DNA from: Alphaproteobacteria bacterium
GTDB lineage: Bacteria; Pseudomonadota; Alphaproteobacteria; UBA828
Length of the DNA: 64,000 nt
Assembly: GCA_965221125.1 (NCBI GenBank)
Contig: CBDCRW010000005.1
Coordinates: 128,001 to 192,000 of the forward strand
Reading direction: 5' to 3'
Shown: positions 38,177 through 46,882 of the stretch, piece after piece
Layout of the letters: every line of letters begins with the position of its first letter
Numbering within the stretch: position 1 is the first letter of the stretch
The notes under the pieces: generated by a model
The model's database searches: none
What the model was told of the DNA's origin: nothing
Seen by the model: only the letters and a program-made list of their open reading frames with translations
Translations under genes and position numbers: made by a program

Positions 38177-38965
38177 TCACGCCTCGTGCCGCGCGGCGAT
38201 CAGAAACTCGGCGTTGCCGTCGCGGCCCTTGATGGGACTCTCGACGAGCCCCGTCACCGGCCAGCCCTCGGCCGTGAGCCAATCGCGGACCGCCCTGCAC
38301 ACCTCGTCGTGGACAGCCGGATCGCGGACGATGCCGCCCTTGCCCACGCGGCCGCGCCCGGCCTCGAACTGCGGCTTGATGAGGGCGACGAGCCGGGCGC
38401 CCGGTGCGGCGAGCGCGAGCGGCGCCGGCAGGATCGTCCGCAGCCCGATGAAGCTCGCGTCGCAGACGACGAGATCGACCGGCTCCGGCACCTGCTCCCG
38501 CGAGAGATGGCGCGCGTTGGTGCGCTCCAGAACGGTCACGCGAGGGTCGTTCCTGAGCCGGGCGTCGAGCTGGCCGTAGCCGACGTCGACGGCGTAGACC
38601 CGCCGCGCGCCGCGTTCGCACAGCACATGGGTGAAGCCGCCGGTGGAGGCGCCGATGTCGAGCGCCACCTGGCCCTGCGGATCGATGCGGAAGTGCGTCA
38701 GTGCATGGTCGAGCTTCACGCCGCCGCGGGAGACCCAGGGGTGCGCCGCGCCCCGCACGGTGAGCGGGAGAGCGGGGTCGACCTGCATGCCGGGCTTCTC
38801 GAGGCGGCGCTCGCCCGAGAACACCAGCCCGGCCAGCAGCAGCGCCTGCGCCCTTGCCCTGCTCTCGGCGAGTCCGCGCGCCACGAGCAGGGCATCGAGC
38901 CGCTCCTTGCCCCGGCGGCGCCCGGTCGGTGCGGGCGTTGCGTCGCACCCGGTTCGGCGGCTCAG
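38177..38965 (-). CDS. tlyA: TlyA-family rRNA methyltransferase
   Basis: KERLD.LLV.RGL (S4), WVSRGGVKL, DIGASTGGFT, DVGYGQL, DASFI, LIKPQFE. Start uncertain (CTG overlapping the ispA stop). Confidence 0.9.
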   Translation of the reverse strand: MSRRTGCDATPAPTGRRRGKERLDALLVARGLAESRARAQALLLAGLVFSGERRLEKPGMQVDPALPLTVRGAAHPWVSRGGVKLDHALTHFRIDPQGQVALDIGASTGGFTHVLCERGARRVYAVDVGYGQLDARLRNDPRVTVLERTNARHLSREQVPEPVDLVVCDASFIGLRTILPAPLALAAPGARLVALIKPQFEAGRGRVGKGGIVRDPAVHDEVCRAVRDWLTAEGWPVTGLVESPIKGRDGNAEFLIAARHEA

Positions 38966-39855
38966 TGGCGCCGCTCCACGATGTAGCGGGCGACGGCGCG
39001 AAGGGGCTCCGCCTTCTCGTCGAAGGGGCCGAGCGCCGCGACGGCGTCGTCCACCAGCGCCCCCGCCCGCCGCCGCGCTTCGTCCGCGCCCAGCAGGCCG
39101 ACGAAGGTCGCCTTGCCGGCTTCCGCGTCCTTGCCCACGGCCTTGCCGAGATCGGCCTCCGAGCCCTCGTGATCGAGCAGGTCGTCGGCGATCTGGAAGG
39201 CGAGCCCGATGCAGGCGGCGTAGTCGCGGAGCGCCGCGCGCCCGCCGCCGTCCTCCCGCGCGAGGATGGCCCCTGCCTCGCACGAGAAGCCGAAGAGGGC
39301 GCCGGTCTTGAGCCGCTGCAGTTGGATCACCTCATCGAGGTCAAGCTCCCGGCTCTCCGCCGCGAGGTCGATCGCCTGGCCGCCCGCCATGCCGTCCGCG
39401 CCGGCGGCCTGCGCGAGCGCGCAGGCGAGCTCGGCCCGCACCGCAGGGTCCGGGTGTCCCTCCGGCGTCGTCACTGCCTCGAAGGCCAGGGTGAGGAGGG
39501 AATCGCCCACCAGAATCGCGGTCGCCTCGTCGAAGGCGATATGGCAGGTCGGCTTGCCGCGGCGCAGCTCGTCGTCGTCCATCGCCGGCAGGTCGTCGTG
39601 AACCAGCGAGTAGGTGTGCACCATCTCGATGGCGGCGGCGGTGTTGACCGACCACGCGCGCGGCACGCCGAAGAGGTCGGCGCCCGAGAGCACGAGGAAG
39701 GGCCGGAGCCGCTTGCCGCCCGCGAAGAGGGAGTAGCGCATGGCTTCGAGGAGCTGCCCGTCGGCGCCGTCGGGCTCGGGCGCAGGGACCAGCGATTCGA
39801 GCGCTGCGTCCACCGCCGCTGCGGAGTCGCGAAGCGCATCCTCCAGCGGCGTCAC
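38962..39855 (-). CDS. ispA: Farnesyl diphosphate synthase
   Basis: GGKRLRP, SLVHDDLPAMDDDELRRG, GQAID, KTGAL, FQIADD, GKDAEAGKAT. Confidence 0.95.
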   Translation of the reverse strand: MTPLEDALRDSAAAVDAALESLVPAPEPDGADGQLLEAMRYSLFAGGKRLRPFLVLSGADLFGVPRAWSVNTAAAIEMVHTYSLVHDDLPAMDDDELRRGKPTCHIAFDEATAILVGDSLLTLAFEAVTTPEGHPDPAVRAELACALAQAAGADGMAGGQAIDLAAESRELDLDEVIQLQRLKTGALFGFSCEAGAILAREDGGGRAALRDYAACIGLAFQIADDLLDHEGSEADLGKAVGKDAEAGKATFVGLLGADEARRRAGALVDDAVAALGPFDEKAEPLRAVARYIVERRH

Positions 39856-39864
39856 CGGCGCCCC

Positions 39865-40107
39865 TCAGCCGGTCTCGAACGGCTCCGTCCGGGCCGCGCC
39901 GTCGCCGTCGATCTTCTCGACCCGAAGCTCGGCCTGGCGCAGCTTGTCCTCGCAGAACTTCTTGAGCTTGACGCCGCGCTCGTAGGCCGCGATGGCCGCT
40001 TCGAGGCCGGTGTCCCCGGCCTCCAGCTCGTGCACGATCCCCTCAAGCTCGCGCATGGCGCTCTCGAAGGTCTGCGCCTCGCCGTCCTTGTCGCTGCCCT
40101 GTCCCAT
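39865..40107 (-). CDS. xseB: Exodeoxyribonuclease VII small subunit
   Basis: FESAMRELE.IV..LE.G...LE.AI..YERG..L...C...L..AE; upstream of ispA. Confidence 0.93.
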   Translation of the reverse strand: MGQGSDKDGEAQTFESAMRELEGIVHELEAGDTGLEAAIAAYERGVKLKKFCEDKLRQAELRVEKIDGDGAARTEPFETG

Positions 40108-40113
40108 GCCCGG

Positions 40114-40142
40114 AGTCTAGAGAGTGCCCGGATAAGCGGCAA
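40114..40142 (-). promoter_or_regulatory. Sigma70-type promoter, probably leaderless, for xseB
   Basis: TTGCCG-N17-TAGACT, 6 nt before the ATG. Confidence 0.55.
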
Positions 40143-40159
40143 GCTGCAGGCCGGACGGT

Positions 40160-40789
40160 CTAACCCGCGATGCTGGGGCGGGCGGAGACCTCGGCGTGCC
40201 AGCGCCGCGCGTTGGCGTGATCCTCCGGCAGGCCGACCTTGGCGCCCCTGGTCGCGAAGTCGACGATGCAGAGCGCGGTGATGTCGGCGACGCTGAAGCG
40301 GGAGCCCGCGATGAAGCGGTTGTCCGCAAGCTGGCGCTCGATGCGGCCGTAGAAGCGGGCGAGCCGCTTCCTGCCGCGCTCGACCAGGGCCGGGATCTGC
40401 TCGATCGGCTCCTCGAAGCCCGGCAGGCCGCGGCCTGCAAACGCGGGCGTGGAATTGCGGAAGACTTCCGCCACGCCGGCGAAGCCTTCGGTCTCGGCGC
40501 GGCGCTCCCACATGTCCACCAGCGCGCGGTCCTTCCTGTTCACGCCGAAGAGCGGCGGTGCCGGGTAGGCGTCCTCAAGGAAGCGGCAGATCGCCATCGC
40601 CTCGCCGATCTGCGTGCCGTCGTCGAGCTCCAGCATGGGCACGATGCGCCCGTCGTAGCGGGCGAGGAAGGCGTCGGTGAGGTGCGCGCCCTCGCCGACC
40701 TCCGCCACCGGAATCTCGATGCCCTTCTCGGCGAGGTAGATCAGCACCCGGCGCGGATTGGGCGCGGCGCCCCAGCTGTAGAGCTTCAT
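40160..40789 (-). CDS. Glutathione S-transferase family protein
   Basis: APNPRRV..L.EKG, VPMLELDDG, FIAG.RFSVADI. Confidence 0.9.
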   Translation of the reverse strand: MKLYSWGAAPNPRRVLIYLAEKGIEIPVAEVGEGAHLTDAFLARYDGRIVPMLELDDGTQIGEAMAICRFLEDAYPAPPLFGVNRKDRALVDMWERRAETEGFAGVAEVFRNSTPAFAGRGLPGFEEPIEQIPALVERGRKRLARFYGRIERQLADNRFIAGSRFSVADITALCIVDFATRGAKVGLPEDHANARRWHAEVSARPSIAG

Positions 40790-40820
40790 CGCAATTCCCT
40801 TTCGGTCCGGCCGTTGGCCC

Positions 40821-42242
40821 CTAGATCGCCGGCCGCTTGCCGTGCCAGGGTCGGGTCGCCGCCTCGAACGCCGCAGACGCGCGGAAGACGGTGCGGTCAT
40901 CGTAGGGTCGCCCCACGATCTGCAGGCCGATCGGCACGCCACTGGAGGAGAACCCGACCGGCACGCTCATCACCGGGCACTGGCTCACCTGGTTGAAGCC
41001 GTAGGTCGCGATCCAGCCGCCGTAGGCCGAAAGCGGCACCCCGTTGATCCTGAAATCCGGGTCCGCGTTGTCGTGGTCGGCCTTCACCGCCGGCACCGCC
41101 AGCGTCGGGCAGATCAGGATGTCGTGGGACTTGAGGATCGGCTGAAGCTGCTGCCACATCCGGCCGCGCACGCCGTAGCACTGGTAGAGGCGGGCGGCGC
41201 TGAGCCGCAGCCCGCGCTCCACCAGCCGCACGACGAAGGGGTCCATCTCGTACTGCCAGCGCGGCAGGTACTGGCCGACGAGGCCCGCGAAGATGCCCTC
41301 CCACCAGGTCACGCAGACGTCGAGGGCGCCGTAGTCCCAGCCGAGGTCGACCTCCTCCACCTCACAGCCGAGCTCACGGAAGAGCGCCGCCGCGCGCCGC
41401 GTGTGCTCCTCCACCTCCGGGTCGACCTGGAGGTAGCCGAGGTCCATGCTGAGCGCGACCTTGCAGCCGCGGATACCGTCGTAGGTGGCCGGCAGCCGGA
41501 CTCTCCCCGGCAGCGAGCGGTGATCCTCCGGGTGCGGGCCGGACATGACGTTCTGCATCAGCGCGGCATCGGCGACGCTGCGGACGATCGGCCCGTAGTG
41601 CAGGATGGTCTCGAACGGGTGGTCGCGGTCCAGCGGATTGCGGCCGAAGGGCGGCTTGTAGCCGAAGAGGCCGCAGGCCGATGCGGGGATGCGGATGGAG
41701 CCGCCGCCGTCGGTTCCGTCCGCCAGCGTCGTCATGCCGGCCGCCACCGCCGCGCCCGCGCCGCCGGAGGAGCCGCCGGGTGTGTAATCCAGGTTCCACG
41801 GGTTGCGCGTGACTCCCCAGAGCGGGCTGTGGGTCGCGCCGGAATGGGCGAACTCGGGCGTCGTGGTGCGCAGGTGCATGATGGCGCCCGCGCGCAGCAG
41901 CCGATCCACCGTCGGCGCCGTGTAGTCGGGGCGGAAGTCCTCGAAGATCTTCGAGCCAAGGGTGGTGATCTCGCCCTTGACCGCGTGGAAGTCCTTGATC
42001 GCCACCGGCACGCCTTCCAGCGCGCGAAGCCTGCCATCGGTCTTGCCGTACTTGGCCTCGGCCTTCTTCGCCTGTTCGCGCGCCCGGTCGAAGAAGTCGT
42101 AGGTGATGGCGTTGATCTTGGGGTTGACCGCCTGCGTGCGCGCGATCTGCGCGTCCAGAAGCTCGACCGGCGAGAGCGTCCGAGCCTTGAAGCGCTCCAG
42201 CGCCTCGCTCGCCGAGAGATAGCAAAGCTCCAGATCCGCCAT
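40821..42242 (-). CDS. Amidase-signature family enzyme (paralog 1)
   Basis: GVPVAIKD, GGSSGG, DGGGSIRIPAS. Confidence 0.92.
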   Translation of the reverse strand: MADLELCYLSASEALERFKARTLSPVELLDAQIARTQAVNPKINAITYDFFDRAREQAKKAEAKYGKTDGRLRALEGVPVAIKDFHAVKGEITTLGSKIFEDFRPDYTAPTVDRLLRAGAIMHLRTTTPEFAHSGATHSPLWGVTRNPWNLDYTPGGSSGGAGAAVAAGMTTLADGTDGGGSIRIPASACGLFGYKPPFGRNPLDRDHPFETILHYGPIVRSVADAALMQNVMSGPHPEDHRSLPGRVRLPATYDGIRGCKVALSMDLGYLQVDPEVEEHTRRAAALFRELGCEVEEVDLGWDYGALDVCVTWWEGIFAGLVGQYLPRWQYEMDPFVVRLVERGLRLSAARLYQCYGVRGRMWQQLQPILKSHDILICPTLAVPAVKADHDNADPDFRINGVPLSAYGGWIATYGFNQVSQCPVMSVPVGFSSSGVPIGLQIVGRPYDDRTVFRASAAFEAATRPWHGKRPAI

Positions 42243-42260
42243 GGCCTTGCTACCCCGCCC

Positions 42261-43688
42261 CTAGATCGTGGGCCGCTTGCTCTGCCAGGGCCGGGTCGCG
42301 CCCTCGAAGGCGGCGGCGGCGCGGAACACGCTGAGATCGTCGTAGGGCCGGCCCACGATCTGCATGCCAGTCGGCACGCCGTATGAGGAGAAGCCCGTCG
42401 GCACGCTCATCGCCGGGCACTGGCTCAGCAGGTTGAAGGGGTTGGTGCAAATCCAGCCGACGTAGGCGGGGAGCCGGACGCCGTTGATCTCGAAATCGGG
42501 GTCCGCGTCGTCGTGGTCGGCCTTGACCGCCGGCACCGCCAGCGTCGGGCAGATCAGGATGTCGTGGGACTTGAGGATCGGCTGGAGCTGCTGCCACATC
42601 CAGCCGCGGAACACCTGGCACTGGTAGAGCCGGGCGGCGCTGTGGCCGAGGCCGGTCTCCAGCAGCCTGACGACGAAGGGGTCCATCTCGTAGCGCCAGC
42701 GGGGCAGCAGGTCGCCGGCGACGGCGGCGAAGAGGCCCTCCCACCAGGTCATCCAGCAGTCGAGGACGCCGAAGTTCCAGCCGACGTCGACCTCTTCCAC
42801 CTCGCAGCCGAGGTCGCGCAGCGTGTCCGCCGCGCGCCGCGTGTTCTCCTGCACCTCGGGGTCGATCTGGAAGTAGCCGAGGTCCATGGAGAAGGCGACC
42901 TTCCAGCCCCGGATGTCGTCGTAGGTTGCGGGCAGGCGCACCTTGTTCGGCAGCGTGCAGATGTCGTCCGGATGGGGGCCCGACATCACGTTCTGCATCA
43001 GCGCGGCGTCGGCCACGCTGCGGACCATGGGGCCGTAGTGCAGGATCGTCTCCAGCGGATGGTCGCGGTCCAGCGGATTGCGGCCGAACGGCGGCTTGTA
43101 GCCGAAGATGCCGCAGGCCGACGCGGGGATGCGGATCGAGCCGCCGCCATCCGTCCCGTCGGCGAGCGTGGTCATGCCGCCCGCCACCGCCGCCCCTGCG
43201 CCGCCGGACGAGCCGCCGGAGGTGTACTCCAGGTTCCACGGGTTGGGCGTGATCCCCCAGAGCGGGCTGTGGGTGGCACCCGAGTAGGCGAACTCCGGCG
43301 AGGTGGTACGCATGTGCATGATGGCGCCGGCGCGGAGCAGCCGGTCCACAGTCGCGGCCGTGTAGTCGGGCCGGAAATCCTCGAAGATCTTGGAGCCGAA
43401 GGTGGTGATCTCGCCCTTGACGGGATGAAAATCCTTGATCGCCACCGTCACGCCTTCGAGCGCGCGGAGCCTGCCGTCGGTCTTGCCGTACTTGGCCTCG
43501 GCCTTCTTCGCCTGCTCGCGCGCGCGGTCGAAGAAGTCGTAGGTGATGGCGTTGACCTTGGGGTTGATCGCCTGCGTGCGCGCGATCTGCGCGTCCAGAA
43601 GCTCGACCGGCGAGAGCGTGCGCGCCTTGAACCGCGCGAGCGCCTCGCTCGCCGTCAGATAGCAGAGTTCCAGATCAGCCGTTGCCAT
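42261..43688 (-). CDS. Amidase-signature family enzyme (paralog 2)
   Basis: Same motifs; near-identical N-terminus to paralog 1; GGGAGG RBS before ATG 43688. Confidence 0.92.
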   Translation of the reverse strand: MATADLELCYLTASEALARFKARTLSPVELLDAQIARTQAINPKVNAITYDFFDRAREQAKKAEAKYGKTDGRLRALEGVTVAIKDFHPVKGEITTFGSKIFEDFRPDYTAATVDRLLRAGAIMHMRTTSPEFAYSGATHSPLWGITPNPWNLEYTSGGSSGGAGAAVAGGMTTLADGTDGGGSIRIPASACGIFGYKPPFGRNPLDRDHPLETILHYGPMVRSVADAALMQNVMSGPHPDDICTLPNKVRLPATYDDIRGWKVAFSMDLGYFQIDPEVQENTRRAADTLRDLGCEVEEVDVGWNFGVLDCWMTWWEGLFAAVAGDLLPRWRYEMDPFVVRLLETGLGHSAARLYQCQVFRGWMWQQLQPILKSHDILICPTLAVPAVKADHDDADPDFEINGVRLPAYVGWICTNPFNLLSQCPAMSVPTGFSSYGVPTGMQIVGRPYDDLSVFRAAAAFEGATRPWQSKRPTI

Positions 43689-43705
43689 GACCTGCCTCCC
43701 CTTGG

Positions 43706-43856
43706 GCTGGAGCGTATCCGTTTTGCACGGAAACGCTCCAGCCATTTGTCGCTCACGGCAGCTGGCCTGCGGCCAGCGCCTCCGCGAGGGCGCCGCATAC
43801 GCGGCGGGCCGCTGTCGCGGCCTATCGCGCGTCCTCCAAAGTCGGACGCGCGATAG
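43706..43856 (+). repeat. Repeat family A copy 5
   Basis: TGGAGCG...CGCTCCA hairpin plus core. Confidence 0.9.
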
Positions 43857-43888
43857 CCACCCACACCCGGAAGCGACGACGCGCGCCC

Positions 43889-44965
43889 TCAGCCGAGATG
43901 CACGACCTCGCGCCGCTTGATGCTCTCGTCGGCCGCGATGACGATGCGCAGGCTGTTGACCGCGCTCTCCATGTGCTCGGAGAGGTCGAGGTCCTCGCGG
44001 ATCGCCTTGAGCAGGAACGCCTGCTCGCGGTCGCACAGCTCCTGATGGGTCGGCTCGTCGGCCATGTCGACCCATTCGTCCTCGTGCACGAAGTTGTTGG
44101 CCTCGTCGATCTCGCTCGAATGGCAGAGCAGCGCGTTGGTCTTGGTGTGCGAGTCGATGTCGTCGGAGGCGGCGTGCTCCTGCCCCTCCTGCGGCATGAC
44201 GATGCTGACGCAGCCCTTCGGCCCGACCACGTCCTTCACGAAGAACGCGACCTCGCTCATCATCGGGCCCCAGCCAGCCTCGTACCAGCCGACCGAGCCG
44301 TCATCGAACTCGACGTGGAGGTGGCCGTAGTTCTGCACCTTGGTCTGGTCGGTGAGCTGCGCGCCCATGCCGTGCACGCGCACCGGCTTCGCGCCCGTCA
44401 TCTGGCACATGACGTCGACGTAGTGCACCCCGCAATCGACGAGCGGCGTGAGCGATTCCATCAGGTTGCGGTGCCAGTTCCAGGCGGGGCCCCGGCTCTG
44501 CTGGTTGAGGTTCATGCGCATGACCAGCGGCTTGCCGAGCGTGCGGGCGCGGTTGATGAACTCCTGCCACGCCGGGTGAACGCGCAGGATGTAGCCGATG
44601 ACCAGCTTCTTGCCGGCAGCCCGCGCCTTGTCCACCACGGCCTGCGCGCCGTCCACGGTAGTGGCCAGCGGCTTCTCGACAAAGACGTGGCAGCCGGCGT
44701 CGAACGCCTTGAGGCAAAGCTCCTCATGCGTGTTCGGGTAGGTGTTGATCGAGACCGCATCGGGGCGTGACTCGGCGAGCGCCTCGTCGACGTCTTCGTA
44801 GCGCGGCAGCGACGCGAGTGCGGCGGGCAGGTCGTTCCGCCCGCGAATGGACCGGCTGCACAGCCCGACAAGCTCGAAGCCCTCGATCTTGTCGTACGCG
44901 AGCGCGTGGCTCAGCCCCATGTTGCCGACGCCCACCACGAGCACCCTGATCGCTCCGTTCTGCAT
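43889..44965 (-). CDS. Gfo/Idh/MocA oxidoreductase
   Basis: VGVGNMG, HVFVEKPLA, DCGVHYVD, WYEAGWGPM. Confidence 0.9.
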   Translation of the reverse strand: MQNGAIRVLVVGVGNMGLSHALAYDKIEGFELVGLCSRSIRGRNDLPAALASLPRYEDVDEALAESRPDAVSINTYPNTHEELCLKAFDAGCHVFVEKPLATTVDGAQAVVDKARAAGKKLVIGYILRVHPAWQEFINRARTLGKPLVMRMNLNQQSRGPAWNWHRNLMESLTPLVDCGVHYVDVMCQMTGAKPVRVHGMGAQLTDQTKVQNYGHLHVEFDDGSVGWYEAGWGPMMSEVAFFVKDVVGPKGCVSIVMPQEGQEHAASDDIDSHTKTNALLCHSSEIDEANNFVHEDEWVDMADEPTHQELCDREQAFLLKAIREDLDLSEHMESAVNSLRIVIAADESIKRREVVHLG

Positions 44966-45097
44966 GACCGCCTCCCGTTGTCTCGCCATCCGCCAAGCAG
45001 TGCGCCCCGCCGGGCGGTGCGCGATTTCCGCCTCTGGTTCTTCTTGCCGTTCATTGTGCCGCCCTCAGCGGACCCGATCAAACGGCGGCAAGGCGGA

Positions 45098-45532
45098 TCA
45101 GGCGCCGAGTGGCGTCGCGACGGTGCCCTCGATCTCGATCAGCATGCCGGGATGCGCGAGCTCGGTCACGCCGACCAGCGTGCGGGGCGGCGGGTTCGCG
45201 GGGTCGAAATGACGCGCGGAAATCTCGTTCACCACGTTCTGCCCGGACATGTCGGTGAGATAGATGTTGAGCTTCACGATCTGCGAAAAATCCGCTCGTG
45301 CCGCGTCCAGGATGATGCCGATGTTGGCGAAGGTCTTTTCGGTCTGCTCGCGGATGCCGCCTGCCAGCCACTCGGCCTCCGCCACCGGGTCGTGCGGGTG
45401 TGCGTGGTAGATGGGGATCGGCCCGCAGCCCGAGAACATGAGCAGCCGGGCGTCCTCGACCGCGAAGGCCGCGCTGAAGGGGCTGCGGTACTCGGGCCTG
45501 AGCGGAACGTGGTGGATCGGCGTGATCGGCAT
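45098..45532 (-). CDS. RidA/YjgF family protein
   Basis: IVKLNIYLTD, PPRTLVGV..LA.PG.LIEIE. Confidence 0.85.
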   Translation of the reverse strand: MPITPIHHVPLRPEYRSPFSAAFAVEDARLLMFSGCGPIPIYHAHPHDPVAEAEWLAGGIREQTEKTFANIGIILDAARADFSQIVKLNIYLTDMSGQNVVNEISARHFDPANPPPRTLVGVTELAHPGMLIEIEGTVATPLGA

Positions 45533-45656
45533 GGCGGCATCCCGTGGTCGGCAAGGGGGCGGCATGCTATCCCATCGTCCACAGGTCCGGAACGGCGCAC
45601 GCGGATGCGGACGGGGCGGCCAGGGGAAGGGAGGCAAGAACGATTTCCGACCTCAC

Positions 45657-45870
45657 GAGATTACTGCGGCCCGAGCGTTCCCACCTCCCCCTGTCCCCCT
45701 CCCCCCAATGGGCGGAGGGGGGACGCTGACGCCGATGGCGGAGTCTCCCTCTCCTCCCCGCCGGGGAGGAGAGGGCCGGGGAGAGGTGGGGGTTTTCGGG
45801 CCACACCGCATGCAACAACGGGACTGTGCGGCAACCAGGTGCGATTCCGTCCGGTCGGATTGTGCTCTAG
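45657..45870 (-). repeat. Repeat family B copy 4 (long form)
   Basis: Core 45680-45792; flanks match copy 3. Confidence 0.85.
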
Positions 45871-46027
45871 TGGCCGAGGTCCGAAATAAACTGGGGCGGC
45901 CACGAGGACCGCCCCAGCAGGAGGATCGACCAGTCGTTCGGGGGACAGCGGGAGGGACGAAGCGCTTCACCGTCACCCGAATTCTTATCTAGCGGTTGAT
46001 TGTGGCATTGATGTGGCAAATTCGGAC

Positions 46028-46882
46028 ATGACCGGCGGGCGGGCGGACAGCGGCGGAGGCAGCCTCGGCAGGCGCGTGGCCTCGGCGGCCGTGCTTGCGC
46101 CCGCCGCGCTCGCCGCAGCCTATCTCGGCGGGCCCGTCTTCATCGCCGCCGTGGGCGGGGTGGGGCTCCTGGCCTGGCTCGAGCTGCGGCGGCTGCTCGG
46201 CAGGCCGGGCGTGGATGCGGCGGGCGTCGCCGGCGTCGCGGGTCTGACTGCGGTCTGCGTGCTCTTCGCCGTGATGGGCACAGTGGCGGCCGCCGTCGCC
46301 GCAGCCGCCGGGGCGCTCGTCGTCGCGGGCGCGGAGCGGGGCCGGCTCGGGCAGCGCGCGGCGGGGCTGGCGGGGGCGGCCGTCGTGCTCTTCCTCGTCG
46401 TGGCCACGCTCGCGCTCCGGGGCGACGATGCAACAGGCCGGGCCACGATCTTCTGGCTCTTCGCCGTGGTCTGGGCGAGCGACACCGGCGCCTACGTCGC
46501 CGGGCGCGCGCTGGGCGGCCCCCGCCTCGCGCCGCGCATCAGCCCGGCCAAGACCTGGGCCGGCGCGCTCGGCGGCGTGGCGGCCGGGGTGGGTGCCGGC
46601 ATCCTGCTCGGCTGGTTGATGCCGCTCGCCGGCTGGGTGGCGGAGCGGCCTGCGCTCGCCCTGCTGGCGGCTGCGGGCGCGCTCGGCTCGATGGCGGGGC
46701 AGATGGGCGACCTCGCCGAATCCGCGCTCAAGCGGCGGGCCGGCGCGGATGATTCGGGGAGCCTGATTCCCGGCCACGGCGGCATTCTGGACCGCGTCGA
46801 CGCCTATGCCGCGGCTGCGTTCGCGCTGATCCTGGCGACCGTTGTCAGCGGGGGCGCGCCGCCCTGGTCCTATTCACCCTGA
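46028..46882 (+). CDS. cdsA: Phosphatidate cytidylyltransferase
   Basis: SDTGAY..GR, ISPAKTW.G, GDLAESALKR..G..DSG.LIPGHGGILDR.D. Confidence 0.9.
   Translation: MTGGRADSGGGSLGRRVASAAVLAPAALAAAYLGGPVFIAAVGGVGLLAWLELRRLLGRPGVDAAGVAGVAGLTAVCVLFAVMGTVAAAVAAAAGALVVAGAERGRLGQRAAGLAGAAVVLFLVVATLALRGDDATGRATIFWLFAVVWASDTGAYVAGRALGGPRLAPRISPAKTWAGALGGVAAGVGAGILLGWLMPLAGWVAERPALALLAAAGALGSMAGQMGDLAESALKRRAGADDSGSLIPGHGGILDRVDAYAAAAFALILATVVSGGAPPWSYSP

Noticed and set aside
10209-45870. Repeats A and B as CRISPR arrays
   Set aside because: Copies are dispersed kilobases apart in both orientations, not tandem repeat-spacer units, and no cas genes are present.
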